A stretch of DNA of 64,000 nt from Eledone cirrhosa (GCA_964016885.1 OZ024757.1:6510001-6574000), one strand, 5' to 3'; positions 1 to 13,574 are shown, counted from the stretch's first letter. A program made the numbers and translations. Notes: a model not told the origin generated them from the letters alone.

Positions 1-533
1 CTTTCAGTCCTCTGGCTTCCAACTGATGTTTCCATAGCCAGAATTTATTGTCTAGCTCCTCGACTGATTCTGCTATAAGAACCAGATCATCAGTATAGAG
101 AAGTTCCCATGGACAGCCAGTCTTAAACTCCTCTGCTATGGCTTGGAGGACTATAATGAACAAGAGCAGGCTGAGGACCGAACCTTGATGTACTCCTACT
201 TGTATCTTGAATTCCTCACTAAACTCCATTCCTACCCTGACTTTACTGACAGCACCTCTGTACAAAGTTTGCACTGTCCTCACAAGCCATTCCTCAACAC
301 CTAGTTTCCTTAGGGACCACCATGACAGATCGGGGTGCCCTATCAAAGGCCTTCTCTAAGTCAACAAAGGCTCAGTATAGAGTATAGTGGCTTATTCATC
401 TCTAAGAACCTCTCTTGTAATTGTCTCACCAAGAAGAGGGCATCTGTTGTACTTTTTCCCAGGCACAAAACCAAACTGCATCTCATCTAGTTTAACCCTT
501 TCATAACCTGATTACCACTTTCATAACCTGATC
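1..533 (-). mobile_element. RTE-clade LINE fragment (family B), RT region, decayed
   Basis: The reverse complement aligns with the RT part of the plus-strand copies at 8434-9921 and 26314-27799 (QFGFVPG, DLEKAFD, GVHQGS and ELLY.DDL motifs). It carries stops and frameshifts. Confidence 0.9.
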
Positions 534-712
<179 letters not shown>

Positions 713-714
<2 letters not shown>

Positions 715-1911
715 GTCTAAGACTAAAGTCCTAGTTTGTACAAAGGAAAATAAGGCACAGGTACCCTCAGGGAAATGGCCATGCTCAGTGTGTAGGAAAG
801 GAGTAGGCAGAAATTCCATTTTATGTCCCAAATGCAATGTATGGGTACATAAAAGATGTAGTGGGATCACAGGTAAACTATCTAAGAACGTAGACTTTAT
901 ATGTGGCCGATGCTCAGGTGCAATAAGTAGCAAGTGTCCACAGGATACTAGCTCCTTCTATTGCCCAGATGGTTCTATAGAAATAGTAGACACTTTCCGT
1001 TACCTGGGTGACGAAATCAGCAGTGGTGGAGGGTGTTCTGAAAGTACAGTGGCCAGAGTCAGAACGGGATGGAAAAAGTTCAGAGAGCTTATACCACTGT
1101 TGGCCGCTAAAAGTTTCTCTCTAAAATTGAAAGGCAGATTGTATGATGCTTGTATATGAACAGCAATGCTACATGGCAGTGAGACCTGGGTATTGTGTGA
1201 AGAGGACTTGCATAGACTGGAAAGGAACGAAGCATGCATGCTCTGTTGGATGTGTAATAGTAATATACGTGAACGGCAAAGCATAAATGAACTAAGTGAG
1301 AAATTAGGAATAAGAGGGATCAGATGCTGTTTACTCGAGAGAAGACTACGTTGGTATGGCCACGGGATGCGCATGTAAGACGAGAGCTGCATAAAAAAGT
1401 GCAGGGCGATCAAAATTGATGGAAGTTACGGAGTAGGTAGACCCAGAAAAACCTGGGACGATCTGATAAATTCCGACATTACACACTTGCACCTCTCTAA
1501 GACAATGTCACTGGACCGAGGTCTTTGGCGCTACGCAGTAATACAGAAAACCCGCCTTCCCTATGTACAAAGGGAAACCTACAATCAATAGGCACCTCTT
1601 AACCAAATATACATCCCAATCCACTACCCCTACCCTATCCTCCCACTCCCACCAACCTCTCTCTATATAAACAACATCCAGTCCAAATAAATGAGATAAA
1701 TGAGATCGACATCGTGTAGGTATCCTAAAAAAACACACAGTCCACGCTGTAATGTGGCCGTGTAGGTAACACGGTAAAAAGTTCCCAGTTCCAAACTGTA
1801 AATGTGGTTGGTGTTAGGAAGGGCATCCAGCCGTAGAAAACCTGCCAGAGTGGGACAACTCCCGTCTAACCCATGCTAGCGTGGAAAATGGATGTTAAAT
1901 GAAGATGATGA
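713..1911 (+). mobile_element. RTE LINE (family A), 5'-truncated 3' portion with PHD finger, thumb, 3'UTR and (GAT)n tail
   Basis: ORFs 713-1159 and 1166-1378 give KTKVL, a Cys4-His-Cys3 finger, FRYLG, LHGSETW and RRLRWYGH. The element ends CCATGCTAGCGTGGAAAATGGATGTTAAATGAAGATGATGAT. Confidence 0.92.
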
Positions 1912-2015
1912 TACATACATATATATACATATATACGTACATATATATATATATATATACATATATATACATATATATATATACATATACATTTGTATAT
2001 ATATACATATATACA

Positions 2016-2768
2016 TGACTTGTATAGCTCTCATAAGCCATTCATTATACACCTAGTTTTCTAAGTGCCCACCAGATAATGGAGTGGGGGTCTCTGTCAA
2101 AGGCTTTCTCCAGGTCTACAAAAGCTAAGTAGAGGGGTTTACTTTTAGCTAGGTACTTCTCCTGTAGTTGTCGTACAAGGAAAAGAGTGTCTGTGGTACT
2201 TTTACCCGACACAAACTCAAACTGCATTTCATCTAGATCAATTCGCTCTCTGTGACCTTGATGACCTGGTCAACTAACTTAATGCCTCTATAGTTTTCCC
2301 TATCTAGAGCATCCCCTTTACAGTTAATGACTGCTACACCAGTCCTTTGGTATGACCCCATTCTGTATTACTTGGTTTACTATCTGGGTGACCATAGTGT
2401 GTCCCACCTTTCCAGATGCCTTCAACATCTCAGCAACTATCTCCGAAGGCCCAGCTGCCTTCATATCTTTGATTGCCTTACTTAATATACTACCTTTAAC
2501 TTGCACTGCTGGTCCTTCTATTGGATCGATTTGGGGCAGACATCTTTTTCTCAGTTATTCTCCTCATTTAGTAGCCTCTCGTAGTGACACTTCCAAGCTA
2601 TCTTCTTATCAGTATAAGTGAGGGCAAGTACACCATTATCATTACGGACTCACTTCTCTCCGACAATATCACAATTTTACTTGACACATTGCCTAGCAAT
2701 CCTGAGCACCTCACGTTTTTGGTCCTCTTGTTGTAGAAAATGCTTGATCTTTCTATCCTCTGCTTCCC
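2016..2768 (-). mobile_element. RTE LINE (family A) internal fragment
   Basis: ORFs 2045-2227 and 2324-2506 (AFVDLEKAFD, KAAGPSEI) are homologous to the copy at 4926-7437. Confidence 0.88.
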
Positions 2769-3401
2769 AAGTTCTTAGCCAAGATTAAGTTGCTTTATTT
2801 AGCTTTTGCAGATCTAGAAAAGGCCTTTGACAGAGTACCTTACTCTGTTATCTGCTGGTCCTTCAGAAATTTAGGTGAAGAATGGCTTGTGAGAGCAGTG
2901 CAAGTCATGTACAGAGGAGCTGTCAGTAAAGTGAGAGTAGGAAGGGAGTTTAATGAAGAATTCAATGTACAGGTAGGTGTTCATCATCGTTCAGTTCACA
3001 ACCCACTGCTGTTCATCATAGTTCTCCAGGCCATAACCAATGGGTTTAAGACAGACTGTTTCTCATGAACAGCCAATGTGAATGATCTGGTCCTTATAGC
3101 TGACTCCATAAAAGAACTAGAGAATAAGTGACCCTACTGCATATGTAGGAGAGGAGTAGTCATAAACTGTACACAATGATAGCTTCTGCTATCTAGGTGG
3201 AGAGAAATGGAGCAACCATGCTTCGTTGGGTGTGCAACGTAAATGTGAGAGGAAGTCAGAGCTGGGATAAATTGAGGAAGAAATTAGACTTCACAGAGGA
3301 GATAACGAAGGAACAGGTGAGTAGGGAGATGGTGTGCTTAAAAGGACCTATCCAACCCATGCCAGGACTGAAAAATGGACGTAAAACTATGATGATGATG
3401 T
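2769..3401 (+). mobile_element. Old RTE LINE remnant (family C) with (GAT)n tail
   Basis: ORF 2790-3068 contains DLEKAFDRVP. The same deleted remnant occurs at 22575-23591 and 51675-52610. Confidence 0.85.
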
Positions 3402-3689
3402 AGCGAAGTAAATTAAATCAAAACTGATTTAGACTAAAACGAACAAAACTTCCCTGAAACAACAACAAGGTACAGCTAAATATAAACTATATTTTATAAT
3501 GTAAGGTAGTGAACCACATAATTAAATAGACGGAGGTAATTTAAATAATAAAGACAGTCACGATAACAATATATGTTATATCACATGTAACAATGGAATC
3601 TGGTTAATTACTGGACCGTTGTAGGGGTCACATAATTATATTATTTACACACATTAATATAGACATTAAGTAAATCTTTGTCAACTTAC

Positions 3690-4110
3690 CTCCTTCCATA
3701 TAATCAACGTGTTGTGTTGTTAGTTGTTACTAAACAACCAAAGAAATAATCTCTTTGTTATCAAATTAGAAGTTTCAATGTTATCAGCTTTATTTCACGA
3801 CATTAACGTTGGTGTATCTTCTTCATCTTTAGTCATAAATTGATATCTTGTCAGAATGAAGTAGTGAGGCTGACTTTATGACTTTAGCTACAGATTTGAT
3901 AGGACATATATATTTATTAGGTTGATATGTGGTCTAAAATATATATATTGTCTATAAATGACTGATAGCAGATGTTCTGGTGAAATAGTAGTTTTACTAC
4001 TACAGATTGTAATGGAACTCTTAGTAGACACAATTGTAAAGTAAGAATAGATATGACAGTGTAAGACTGATGTCGGGGAATTAAAATTGTGTGTGTGTGT
4101 ATATATATAA
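3690..4110 (-). promoter_or_regulatory. Putative ZNF core promoter and non-coding exon 1 (copy 1; its coding exon would lie left of the window)
   Basis: On the minus strand: a TATA-like TA run at 4100-4110, Inr-like TCAGTC at 4070-4065, and donor AG|GTAAGT at 3691-3684. The block is conserved at 23988-24412 and 53610-54033, each upstream of a ZNF exon. There is no transcript evidence. Confidence 0.6.
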
Positions 4111-4925
4111 TTGTTACACAAGATATAATTAGATTAAGACAGCAGGTACTTGATGTCGTTGGAAATGAATTAACTCCCTTACCGGTGTCATTAGTTGAAA
4201 GTCCCTGATATAATTTAATACATCCAGACAGTTCCAATCGTATTTAATCGATAGTAAATGAAAAGGTATCACTCAGTAAAATATCAATTATATATCTACG
4301 TAGTATCTGTAACTGCTAGAAATAGCAGTGAAATTATCCATTATAGACTTTTCTTTATTTAAACTCTTACGTTTAGTAAATGTTTGTGTTGAGAATGTGT
4401 GTATTTGTGTATTGTATCACGGAAGTCACCATTGAAGATGTTAAAAGCAATGTTGTGGAAAATAGCATCGTGCGACTTTATAATTGTTTATATATAATTT
4501 ATTTACAGATTAAAGGTTAGAAGAATGTCTCTTCAGAGGATAGTTAATGTTATCGATAAAAAGGTTATAAAGATTTAAAGACGTACGGTCAACTGGCTGA
4601 GGCGTTAGCCAGACCTGTAGTGATATCTGTTGCTACATATTGTCTATGCTTGAGGAACGAAAGCAAGAGATGTTTACCTTCAAGGTGTCGAGCTGCAAGA
4701 GAGAGAGTTTCGAATCTCTGCGGGAATTTTTCCTTCTGAGCTGGGTTGAGATACATTTTCCTACGCTGGTAGTGATTGGTTGAACTGATCCAAACAACGC
4801 ACAGAGAATGTATCCATGAGCCCTCTGAATGAAGGTCACTACAATACCCTCTATTTAGTCTGCAAGACGATATATATGATTGAATCAGCAGGAAAAAGGC
4901 TTAAAGAGAGGACATCAATGAATAT

Positions 4926-7437
4926 CATCATCATCATCGTTTAACGTCCATATTCCACGCTTGCATGGGTTTGGACGGGAGTTTTCCCACTTGAGGCAAG
5001 AGTGTTTGTCTTGTTCGCATAGGACTGTCTGGCGGATTTTCTACGGCTGGATGCCCTTCCTAACACCAACCACATTTACAGTGTAGAACTGGCAGGTTTT
5101 TACCGTGTTACCTACACGGCCACATTACAGCATGGACTGTGTTTTTTGTCGTGAGACCTACACGACCTCATTTGTTTCGGCCTGGATGTTGTGGTACCAA
5201 CATAACTTTACATGGAAAGAGGTGAAGTGGATAGGGTGTGGGTATATTTTGTTAGAGGTGTCTACTGACTGTAGTAGGTTTTACTTTGTATTTAGGTAAG
5301 GCGGGTCTTCTCTATTACTGTGTAGCGCCAAAGGTCTCGGTCCAGTGACATTGTCTTGGAGAGGTGTAAGTGTGTGAGGTCGGAATTTATCAAGTCGTCC
5401 CAGGTTTTTCTGGATCTGCCTACTCCGTGGCTACCGCCTATTTTTATTGCCCTGCACTTTTTTATACAGCTGTCGTCTTTCATGCGCATCACGTGACCAT
5501 ACCAACGTAGTCTTCTCTCGAGTAAACAACATCTGATCCCTCTTATTCCTAATTTCTCCCTTAGTTTGTTTATGCTTTGCCGTTCACGTATATTACTATT
5601 ACACATTCAGCGGAGCATGCAAGCTTCGTTCCTCTCTAGTCTGCGTATATCCTCTGCACACAATGCCCAGGTCTCACGGCCATGCAACATATATGTTCGT
5701 ATGCAGGCTTCATACAGCCTACCTTTCATTTTTAAGGAGAACCCTTTAGCGGCTAATAGTGGTATAAGCTCTCTGAACTTTTTCCATCCAGTTCTGACTC
5801 TAGCTACTGTACTTTCAGAGCACCCTCCCCTACTGCTGATTTTGTCACCCAGGTAACGGAAGCTGTCCACTATTTCTATAGAACCATCTGTGCAATCGAA
5901 TGAGCTAGTATTCCGTGGGCACTTGCTGCTACTTATTGCACCAGAGCACCGGCCACATATAAAAGCAATGTTCTTAGTTAGCTTACTTGTGAACCCCCTA
6001 CACCCATACTTTGCATTTGGGACATAAAATGGAGTTTCTAGCTACTCCTTTCCTACACACTGAGCATGGCCATTTCCCGGATAGGACCGGCGCCCTATTT
6101 TCCTTCCTACAAACTAGAACTTTAGTCTTAGACAGGTTAATTTTAAGGCCTTTTGATTCTAGGCCATGCTTCCATGTTTGGAATTTCTTCTCTAGTTCGG
6201 CCATTGATTCAGCTATGAGCGTTAGATCATCTGCGTATAGGAGTTCCCATGGGCAGCCGGTCTTGAACTCCACTGTTATAGCCTGAAGGGCAATAATAAA
6301 TAGTAGGGGGATAATAACGGAGCCCTGATGAACACCAACTTTTACGCTAAACTCTTCACTATATTCGTTGTTAATTCTAACCTTGCTGACTGTTTCTTTA
6401 TACATGGCTTGTATAGCTCTCACAAGCCATTCATCAACACCTAGTTTTCTAAGAGCCCACCAGATAATGGAACGGGGGACTCTGTCGAAGGCTTTCTCCA
6501 AGTCGACAAAACCTAAGTATAGGGGTTTACTTTTAGCTAGGTACTTCTCCTGTAGTTGTCGTACAATGAAAAGAGCGTCTGTAGTACTTTTGCCAGACAC
6601 AAACCCGAACTGCATTTCATCTAGATCAATTCTCTCTCTGATTAGTTGCACTATTACTTTTTCTGTGACCTTCATGACCTGGTCGATTAATTTAATGCCT
6701 CTATTGTTACTCCTATCTAGGGCATCTCCTTTACCCTTATAACAGTTAATGATGATGTTGCTACGCCAGTCCTTCGGAACAACCCCATTCTGTATGACTT
6801 GGTATAATATCCATGTGACCATGGTGTGTCCCACCGTTCCAAGGCTTTCAGCATTTCAGCAACTATTTCCGAAAGCTCAGCCGCCTTACCCGTCTTCATA
6901 TCTTTGATTGCCTTACTTATTATACTACCTTCGACTAACACTGCTGTTCCCTCTATTGGGTCGATGTGGGGGAAACTGTCTTTGTCCCATTTATTCTCCT
7001 CATTTAGTAGCCTTTCGTAGTGACACTTCCAAGCTACCTTCTTATCAGCATCAGTGATGGCAAGTACGCCATCATCATTAAGTACACACTTCTCCCCGAA
7101 AATATCACGGTTTTCCTTGACACATTGCCTAGCAATCCTGAACACCTCACGTTTTTGATCCTCGCGTTGTAGAACATCTTTGAACTTTCTTTCCTCTGCT
7201 TCCCTTCTTGCGAAGTACACTTGTCTCCTAGCTTCCCTCCTGGCCACCAGATAGTGTTCTATACTTCCCCCATCCCGCCATGCTTTCCAAGCCTGCTTTT
7301 TGGCCTTAATTGACTCCTCCACCTTACTGTTCCACCACCATGTTTCTCTCCTCCTGCCTATAGATCTGCTCCAGACACAGATTTCATCTGCTGCCATCAG
7401 CAAGTTTGCTTTCAGGAATTCCCATTGTTCCTCTATA
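4926..7437 (-). mobile_element. RTE LINE (family A), 5'-truncated, frameshifted, inserted at the edge of a TA microsatellite
   Basis: ORFs 6717-7553, 5998-6834 (LYADDL), 5607-5870 and 5292-5606. The (CAT)n tail is at 4926. The paralogous site at about 25221-25281 is empty. Confidence 0.93.
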
Positions 7438-7527
7438 TTGTACATATATATGTATATATATATATGAATATAGATGTATATATATATATGTATATATATA
7501 TGTATGTATATATGATATATATATGTA

Positions 7528-8378
7528 CATGTGTGGACGATATTTGGTCGCAATTTTCAACTGCTAATTTTATGCAAATTTTTTTTACTCCGTTGTCACT
7601 CTTGTCCTCATAAAAACAGTGACTATATTTCCATTATTTATTTTCAGAATAATTGATTATGAATAATTTTGAACCTCCAAATTTGTGGCAGAGACACCGA
7701 GTTCTTCTTGGAATCTGCGCCGAGAGGACAAATAAGACCAGAAGTTAACTCCCAGAACAACATGTGGCTCGCTGTCTCATCCAAAGACGTGCCCAGAGTC
7801 ATACAGATAAAGTTTCCACCGACAACATTGGTCTTAGGTGTCGTCATGCAACCTAACTGCTTCCCCGAGGGTCTCAAGCTGAACACCGATGGCTACATTC
7901 GCGTTCTGAGCGAGGTAGTAAAGCCCTTGATGGACCAGGTAGCTGCAGGTAGGCCGTACGTGTGGCAGCAAGACTCAGCGCCCTGCCATATGATCCAAGC
8001 CTGGCTGACAGAGAACTTCGTTGACCTCACCTCCCCTGACATCTAGCCGCCCAGCTAGTGTGATTGCAATCCTCTCGACTTCTTTGTGTGGGGCGCAGTG
8101 AAACAAGACAACAACAGATCTAGCTGCAATACGAAAGACGATCTGAAGGCCAGGATCACAAGTGCCTTTAGGGGCCTAAGTCAGGGGACAGTGACGAAGG
8201 CCTGTAGCCGGTTTCGAGGCCGTCATCAAAGCCAATGGCAGGTTTATCAAGTGAGATTGAAAGAACAAGTCATGAAGACAAACTGACCCAAGTTTGATAA
8301 ATAAATCTTAAAAAACAAAACTACTGTGTTATTATTTCCTAGACAGTAATCTTGCGAATAATTATCGTCCGCACCCTG
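7528..8378 (+). mobile_element. Internally deleted Tc1/mariner-superfamily DNA transposon, DD37D (maT)-type
   Basis: TA flanks and imperfect TIRs (CA.GTGTGGACGATATTTGGTCGCAA / TTGCGAATAATTATCGTCCGCACCCTG). The transposase remnant reads WQQDSAPCH...NPLDFFVWG. Confidence 0.88.
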
Positions 8379-8433
8379 TATGTATACATATTTAATATAT
8401 GATATATAATATATATATATATATATGTATATA

Positions 8434-9921
8434 TAAAAAGGGGATGATCTGGAGAGGAGCAGTTGTAGGGGTATAAAACTGATGGATCAGGTTATGAAAG
8501 TGGCAGAAAGGATATTAGCACAACTAATTAGAGAAAGGGTCAAACTAGATGAGATGCAGTTTGGTTTTGTGCCTGGGAAGAGTACAACAGATGCCCTCTT
8601 CTTGGTGAGACAATTTCAAGAGAGGTTCTTAGAGAAGAATAAGTCACTCTACTTAGCCTTTGTTGACCTAGAGAAAGCTTTTGATAGGGACTCCCAATCT
8701 GTCATCTGGTGGTCCCTAAGGAAACTAGGTGTTGAGGAATGGCTTGTGAGGACAGTGCAAACTATGTACAGAGGTGTTGTCAGTAAAGTCATGGTAGGAA
8801 TGGAGTTTAGTGAGGAATTCCAAATATAAGTAGGAGTACATCAAGTTCGGTCCTCAGCCTGTTCTCGTTCATTATAATCCTCCAAGCCATAACAGAGGAG
8901 TTTAAGACTGGCTGTGCATGGGAACTTCTCTATGCTGACGATCTGGTTCTTATAGCAGAATCAGTAGAGGAGATAGAGAATAAATTCTGGCTATGGAAAC
9001 AGCAGTTGGAATCAAGAGAACTGAGGGTGAACCTAGCTAAGACAAAAGTGTTGATGAGTATAAAAGAGGACAAACTCTGATTCCGTCAGGGAAATGGCCA
9101 TGTTCGATATGCAGAAAAGAACTGGCAAAAATTCTATAAAATGCACACAATGCAGATCCTGGGTACACAAGAGATGTAGCGGGATAGCAGGCAAACTAAC
9201 AGGTAGGGAGAAATATGTATGCAGTAGATGTACAGGGAAATTAGACAGTAGAAGTCGCATTGATAGACACATTTTTCAAATGCAGGAAGGCGCTATAGAA
9301 GTGTTGGTTAGCTTCCGGTATGTAGGAGATCAGATTAGCATGGGATGAGGGTGTTCCGAGGCCATAGTGTCGAGAATAAGGATGGGTTGGAAGAAGTTTA
9401 GGGAGCTGCTTCCTCTGCTGATGAAGAAGGGTTTCTCCCTGCGTACGAAAGGCCGGTTGTATGATGCCTGTGTGAGGAGCGCGATGCTGCATGGTAGTGA
9501 GAAATGGGCAGCAACTGCAGAGGATATGTGACGGCTGGAGAGAAATGAGGCAAGCATGCTCCGTTGGATGTGCAGTGTAAATGTGCATGAACGACTCAGC
9601 ATGAATGTGTTGAGAGAGAAACTGTGTCTGAGAGGGATAGAATTTAGTGTACGGGAGAGGAGACTGAGGTGGTATGGATATGTGATACGCATGGAGGATG
9701 ACCGATGGGTGAAGAAGTGCCAGGAAATGCCAGTTGAAGGAAGACGTGGTAGAGGTAGACCACGAAAAACATGGGCGGAGGTGGTGAGAACAGACCTCAG
9801 ATGATTGAAGCTCACGGTGGAGATGACGAAGGACCGTGACGAGAGGAGAGATGCTGTGCTGAATAAGACCCGTCCCACCCTTGCCAGCAGGGAAAAGCGA
9901 ACGAAAAATGATGATGATGAT
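8434..9921 (+). mobile_element. RTE LINE (family B), 5'-truncated RT-PHD-thumb, (GAT)n tail
   Basis: ORFs 8482-8829, 9094-9348 and 9556-9804. The element ends CCCTTGCCAGCAGGGAAAAGCGAACGAAAAATGATGATGAT. Confidence 0.92.
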
Positions 9922-9932
9922 ATATATATATA

Positions 9933-10160
9933 ATCATCATCACTGTTTTACGTCCGTTCTTCTATGCTAGCATGGGTTAGACGGGTTGTCCTGTTGTGGG
10001 CAGTGTCCGGTTGGTTGACCTTGTCTTTCTCATACGGGAACTGATTCTGCCTTGATTTCTACTGCTGGATACCCTTCCTAACATCAACCTTATTTACACT
10101 GAGAGCTGGGTACTTTTCTTCCGTGGTGCCTACATGTCCACTTTATAGTATGGGTTGATA
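9933..10160 (-). mobile_element. RTE (family D) 3'UTR-only fragment
   Basis: The reverse complement matches the 3'UTR at about 12750-12983. Paralogs are at 27815-28042 and 38769-38996. Confidence 0.8.
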
Positions 10161-10274
10161 TATATTTAATATATATATATTATATATAATATATATATTT
10201 AACATATATATATATATATAATATATATATTTAACATATATATATATATATAATATGTATATTTCATATACGAA

Positions 10275-12983
10275 GTGTGCAAGAGACTAGATGGAGAGGA
10301 GAGTCTGCCAGAGTCCTGGTAAGAAAAAGTCGGTGCTACAAATTTTTCTGGGTGGGAAATGACGATGGGATGGGTGGTGTAGGTATACTATTAGCTGACA
10401 AGTGGGTAGATAAAGTAATCTCAGTGTACAGGGTAAATGCAAGAATCATTAAACTCAGACTAGTCCTGAATAAAACAATTACCACAATAATATCAGCTTA
10501 CGCACCCCAATCGGGGCTGCCAGACGAACTTAAGGATAGGTTTTACGAGTCCCTAATACACACTACTGCTCTAACAGACGACAATGACTTCCTAATCATC
10601 GCAGGAGATTTTAACGGACACGTAGGTAAACACTTCAATAGAGTACATGGAGGCCATGGGGTTGGCACAAGGAATGAGGAAGGATTCAGACTTCTAGAAT
10701 TCTGCGACGCCAATGACATGTCGATATGTAACACAAACTTTAAAAAACCTGACAACCACCTGATCACCTATAGATCCGGGGAGCACTCTAGTCAGTTAGA
10801 TTTTATCCTCATCAGAGGACGTGACAGATGGACGGTCGTAAACACAAAAGCCTTCCCTATTGAGGAATGTACATCCCAACATAGCTTAGTTGTCAGCGAC
10901 CTCATGGTCAGAACTAGACGAACCTGGAAACAGAGGCCAACCTGGAGAAGAAAGATCTGGAAGCTGAAAGTCCCCTCAACCAGTAACAGATTTGAAGATA
11001 TTTTACTCAACGCCTACGACAGTAAAGAAGAACAGATATAGACGTTTAATGTAGAAGAGAACTGGGAGTTCCTAAAAAATAATTTACTAGAGGCGACGGA
11101 TGAGATCTGTGGCTGGAGTAAGACCTCAAGCAGGAGGAGAGTGACTTGGTGGTGGAACAATAAGGTAGATGAAGCAGTTAAGGCCAAGAGACAGGCATGG
11201 AAAGAATGGAAGAACGGGAGGATCAGGGTACATTACATAGAGACCAAGAGGGAAGCTAGGCGACAAGTATACTTAGCTAGGATGGAAGCAGAGGATAGAA
11301 AATCCAAGCATGTTTTGCAACGTGAGGACCAGAAACAGGAGGTATTCAAGATTGCGAGGCAGTGTGTCAGAGATAGTAGTGATGTCATTGGAGAGAAGTG
11401 TATCCGGAATGATAAAGGTGAGCTTGCCCTCACAAGTGCTGAGAAGAAAGATGCATGGAAGAATCATTATGATAGATTACTAAATGAGGAGAATGCATGG
11501 GAAGAAGAGACCCTACCCCAAGTAGACCCTATAGAGGGACCAGCAGTACAAGTCAGCAGCAATGTACTAAGTAAGGCAATCGGAGATATGAAGATGGGGA
11601 AGGCAACCGGTCCATCGGGTATAGCTGCCGAGATGCTGAAGGCATCTGGGTCTGTAGGTCACACTATAACCACACGTATTGTTAACCAGGTAATACTAAA
11701 AGGTGTCATACCAAAAGATTGGTGCAGTAGCATCATTGTCAACTGCTACAAAGGTAAAGGCGATGCACTAGATAGAGGAAACTATAGAGGTATAAAGTTG
11801 ATGGACCAGATCATGAAAGTAACAGAAAGAGTTATAGCACAGTTGATTAGGGACCGGGTGGAAATAGACGAGATGCAATTTGGGTTTGTACCAGGAAGAG
11901 GCACCAGTGATGCCCTCTTCCTTGTCAGGCAATTACAGGAAAAGTACCTAGCTAAAAGTAAGCCACTCTACTTGGCATTTGTCGACCTTGAGAAAGCCTT
12001 TGACAGAGTTCCACCTGCTGTAATCTGGTGGGCTCTTAGAAAACTAGGAGTAGATGAATGGCTTGTGAAAGCGGTACAAGCCATGTATAGGGGAGCAGTC
12101 AGCAAAGTTAGGATTGGCAATGAGTATAGCGAGGAATTTAGCGTATAGGTTGGGGTCCACCAGGGCTCTGTTCTTAGCCCCCTCCTGTTCATCATATTCC
12201 TGCAGGCAATAACGGAGAAGTTTTAGACCGGATGCCCAAGGGAACTCCTGTATGCTGATGACCTCACACTCATAGCTGAATCTATGGTAGAACTAGAGGT
12301 GGAAGACTTATGTAGATTAGAGAGAAACGAAGCCTGCATGCTCCGATGGATGTGTAACAGTAATATATGTGAACGACAAAGCATAAATGAATTGAGAGAG
12401 AGACTGAGCATAAGAGGAATCAAATGCTGTGTGCAGGAGAGGCAGTTGCGCTGGTATGGACATGTGATGCGTATGAAGGATGACAGCTGCATAAAAAGGT
12501 GCAGAGCACTAGAAGTTGATGGAAACCGCGGAGTGGGGAGACCCAATATGACCTGGGATGAGGTGATAAAAGCCGACCTTACTCAATTACACCTCTCAAA
12601 GGCAATGACACACGACCATGACTTCTGGCGTCACGCAGTAATACAGAGTACCCGACCTCCCATGGGTACAAGCTGAAGCATATAGACAATATGCCCCCTC
12701 ACCCCCCACTGCAAGGTGGTCGTGGAGGTGCAACGGCAAAACAGCACCCAGCCCACACTATAAAGTGGACGTGTAGGCGCCACGAAAAGCACCCAGCACT
12801 CACTGTAAATGAGGTTGGTGTTAGGAAGGGCATCCAGCTGTAGAAATCAAGCCAAATCAGTTCCTTTATGAGCAAGGAATGGTCAGCCGACCAGACACTG
12901 CCCAGAACAGGACAACCTGTCTAACCCATGCTAACGTGGAAGAACGGACGTAAAACAGTGATGATGATGATGATGATGATGAT
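10275..12983 (+). mobile_element. RTE LINE (family D): APE endonuclease + RT, inactivated, PHD segment deleted
   Basis: ORF 10277-11041 has APE motifs (QETRW, SAYAPQ, AGDFNGH, SQH). ORF 11141-12148 is RT, and ORF 12284-12676 is the C-terminus. In-frame stops and a (GAT)n tail are present. Confidence 0.93.
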
Positions 12984-13153
12984 ATCTAAAATAGAGAATG
13001 CCTAAAACTGAAGAACCACCCAACCCATTGTCTTTAAACTTTACACATGTAATACTTATGGTCCTGTGAGTGTTTTGAGGAGAAAAATTTCAAATTTTCA
13101 ATGCCCTAGGGACCGCATTAGGCGATTTAGCGATCTCCAGCATATTCGGCTAG
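12984..13153 (+). mobile_element. Probable non-autonomous Helitron-like remnant
   Basis: It begins near A|TC and ends CTAG|T after a GC-rich subterminal segment. Copies are at 41820-41989 and, truncated, at 28702-28827. Confidence 0.45.
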
Positions 13154-13171
13154 TAATATATATATAATATA

Positions 13172-13385
13172 TATGGCTTAGTGGTTAGAGCATTGGGCTT
13201 GTAATTGAAAGGTTGTGAGTTCAATTCTCGGACCGGGTGATGTGTTATGTCCTTGAGCAAGACACTTTACTTCACGTTGCTCCTTCTACCTGGAGTTGTG
13301 ACCAATAGATAGTATTAGCAATTGGAAAGACCAATGGAAACATTGTTTCTTCGGCCCAATTTGACGAAAGTCGATCGACTGACGA
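13172..13385 (+). mobile_element. tRNA-derived SINE, type 2 (tRNA head + partial CORE + distinct ~100-bp body)
   Basis: A-box TGGCTTAGTGG, B-box GAGTTCAATTC, and CORE-like GTCCTTGAGCAAGACACTT. The body is shared with 19990-20203, 42008-42220, 43746-43905 and 49356-49565. Confidence 0.75.
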
Positions 13386-13574
13386 TATATATATGTATAT
13401 ATATATATTATACATATATATATAATATATATATATATGTGTCACTTGCTGGATCTACTAGAAGGACCCAGATAATATGACATGTTCTCCCGGCTGTATC
13501 ATATACTGCAAATCTATGCAGATGTATACACATATATACACAAACACATAAAGATACACTTGTAATTATACACA

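Noticed and set aside
3888-4237. Short minus-strand ORFs in the AT-rich block (also 24187-24542, 53838-54044)
   Set aside because: Frames and starts are not conserved among the three copies and run through a variable TA/CA tract. A non-coding exon explains them better.
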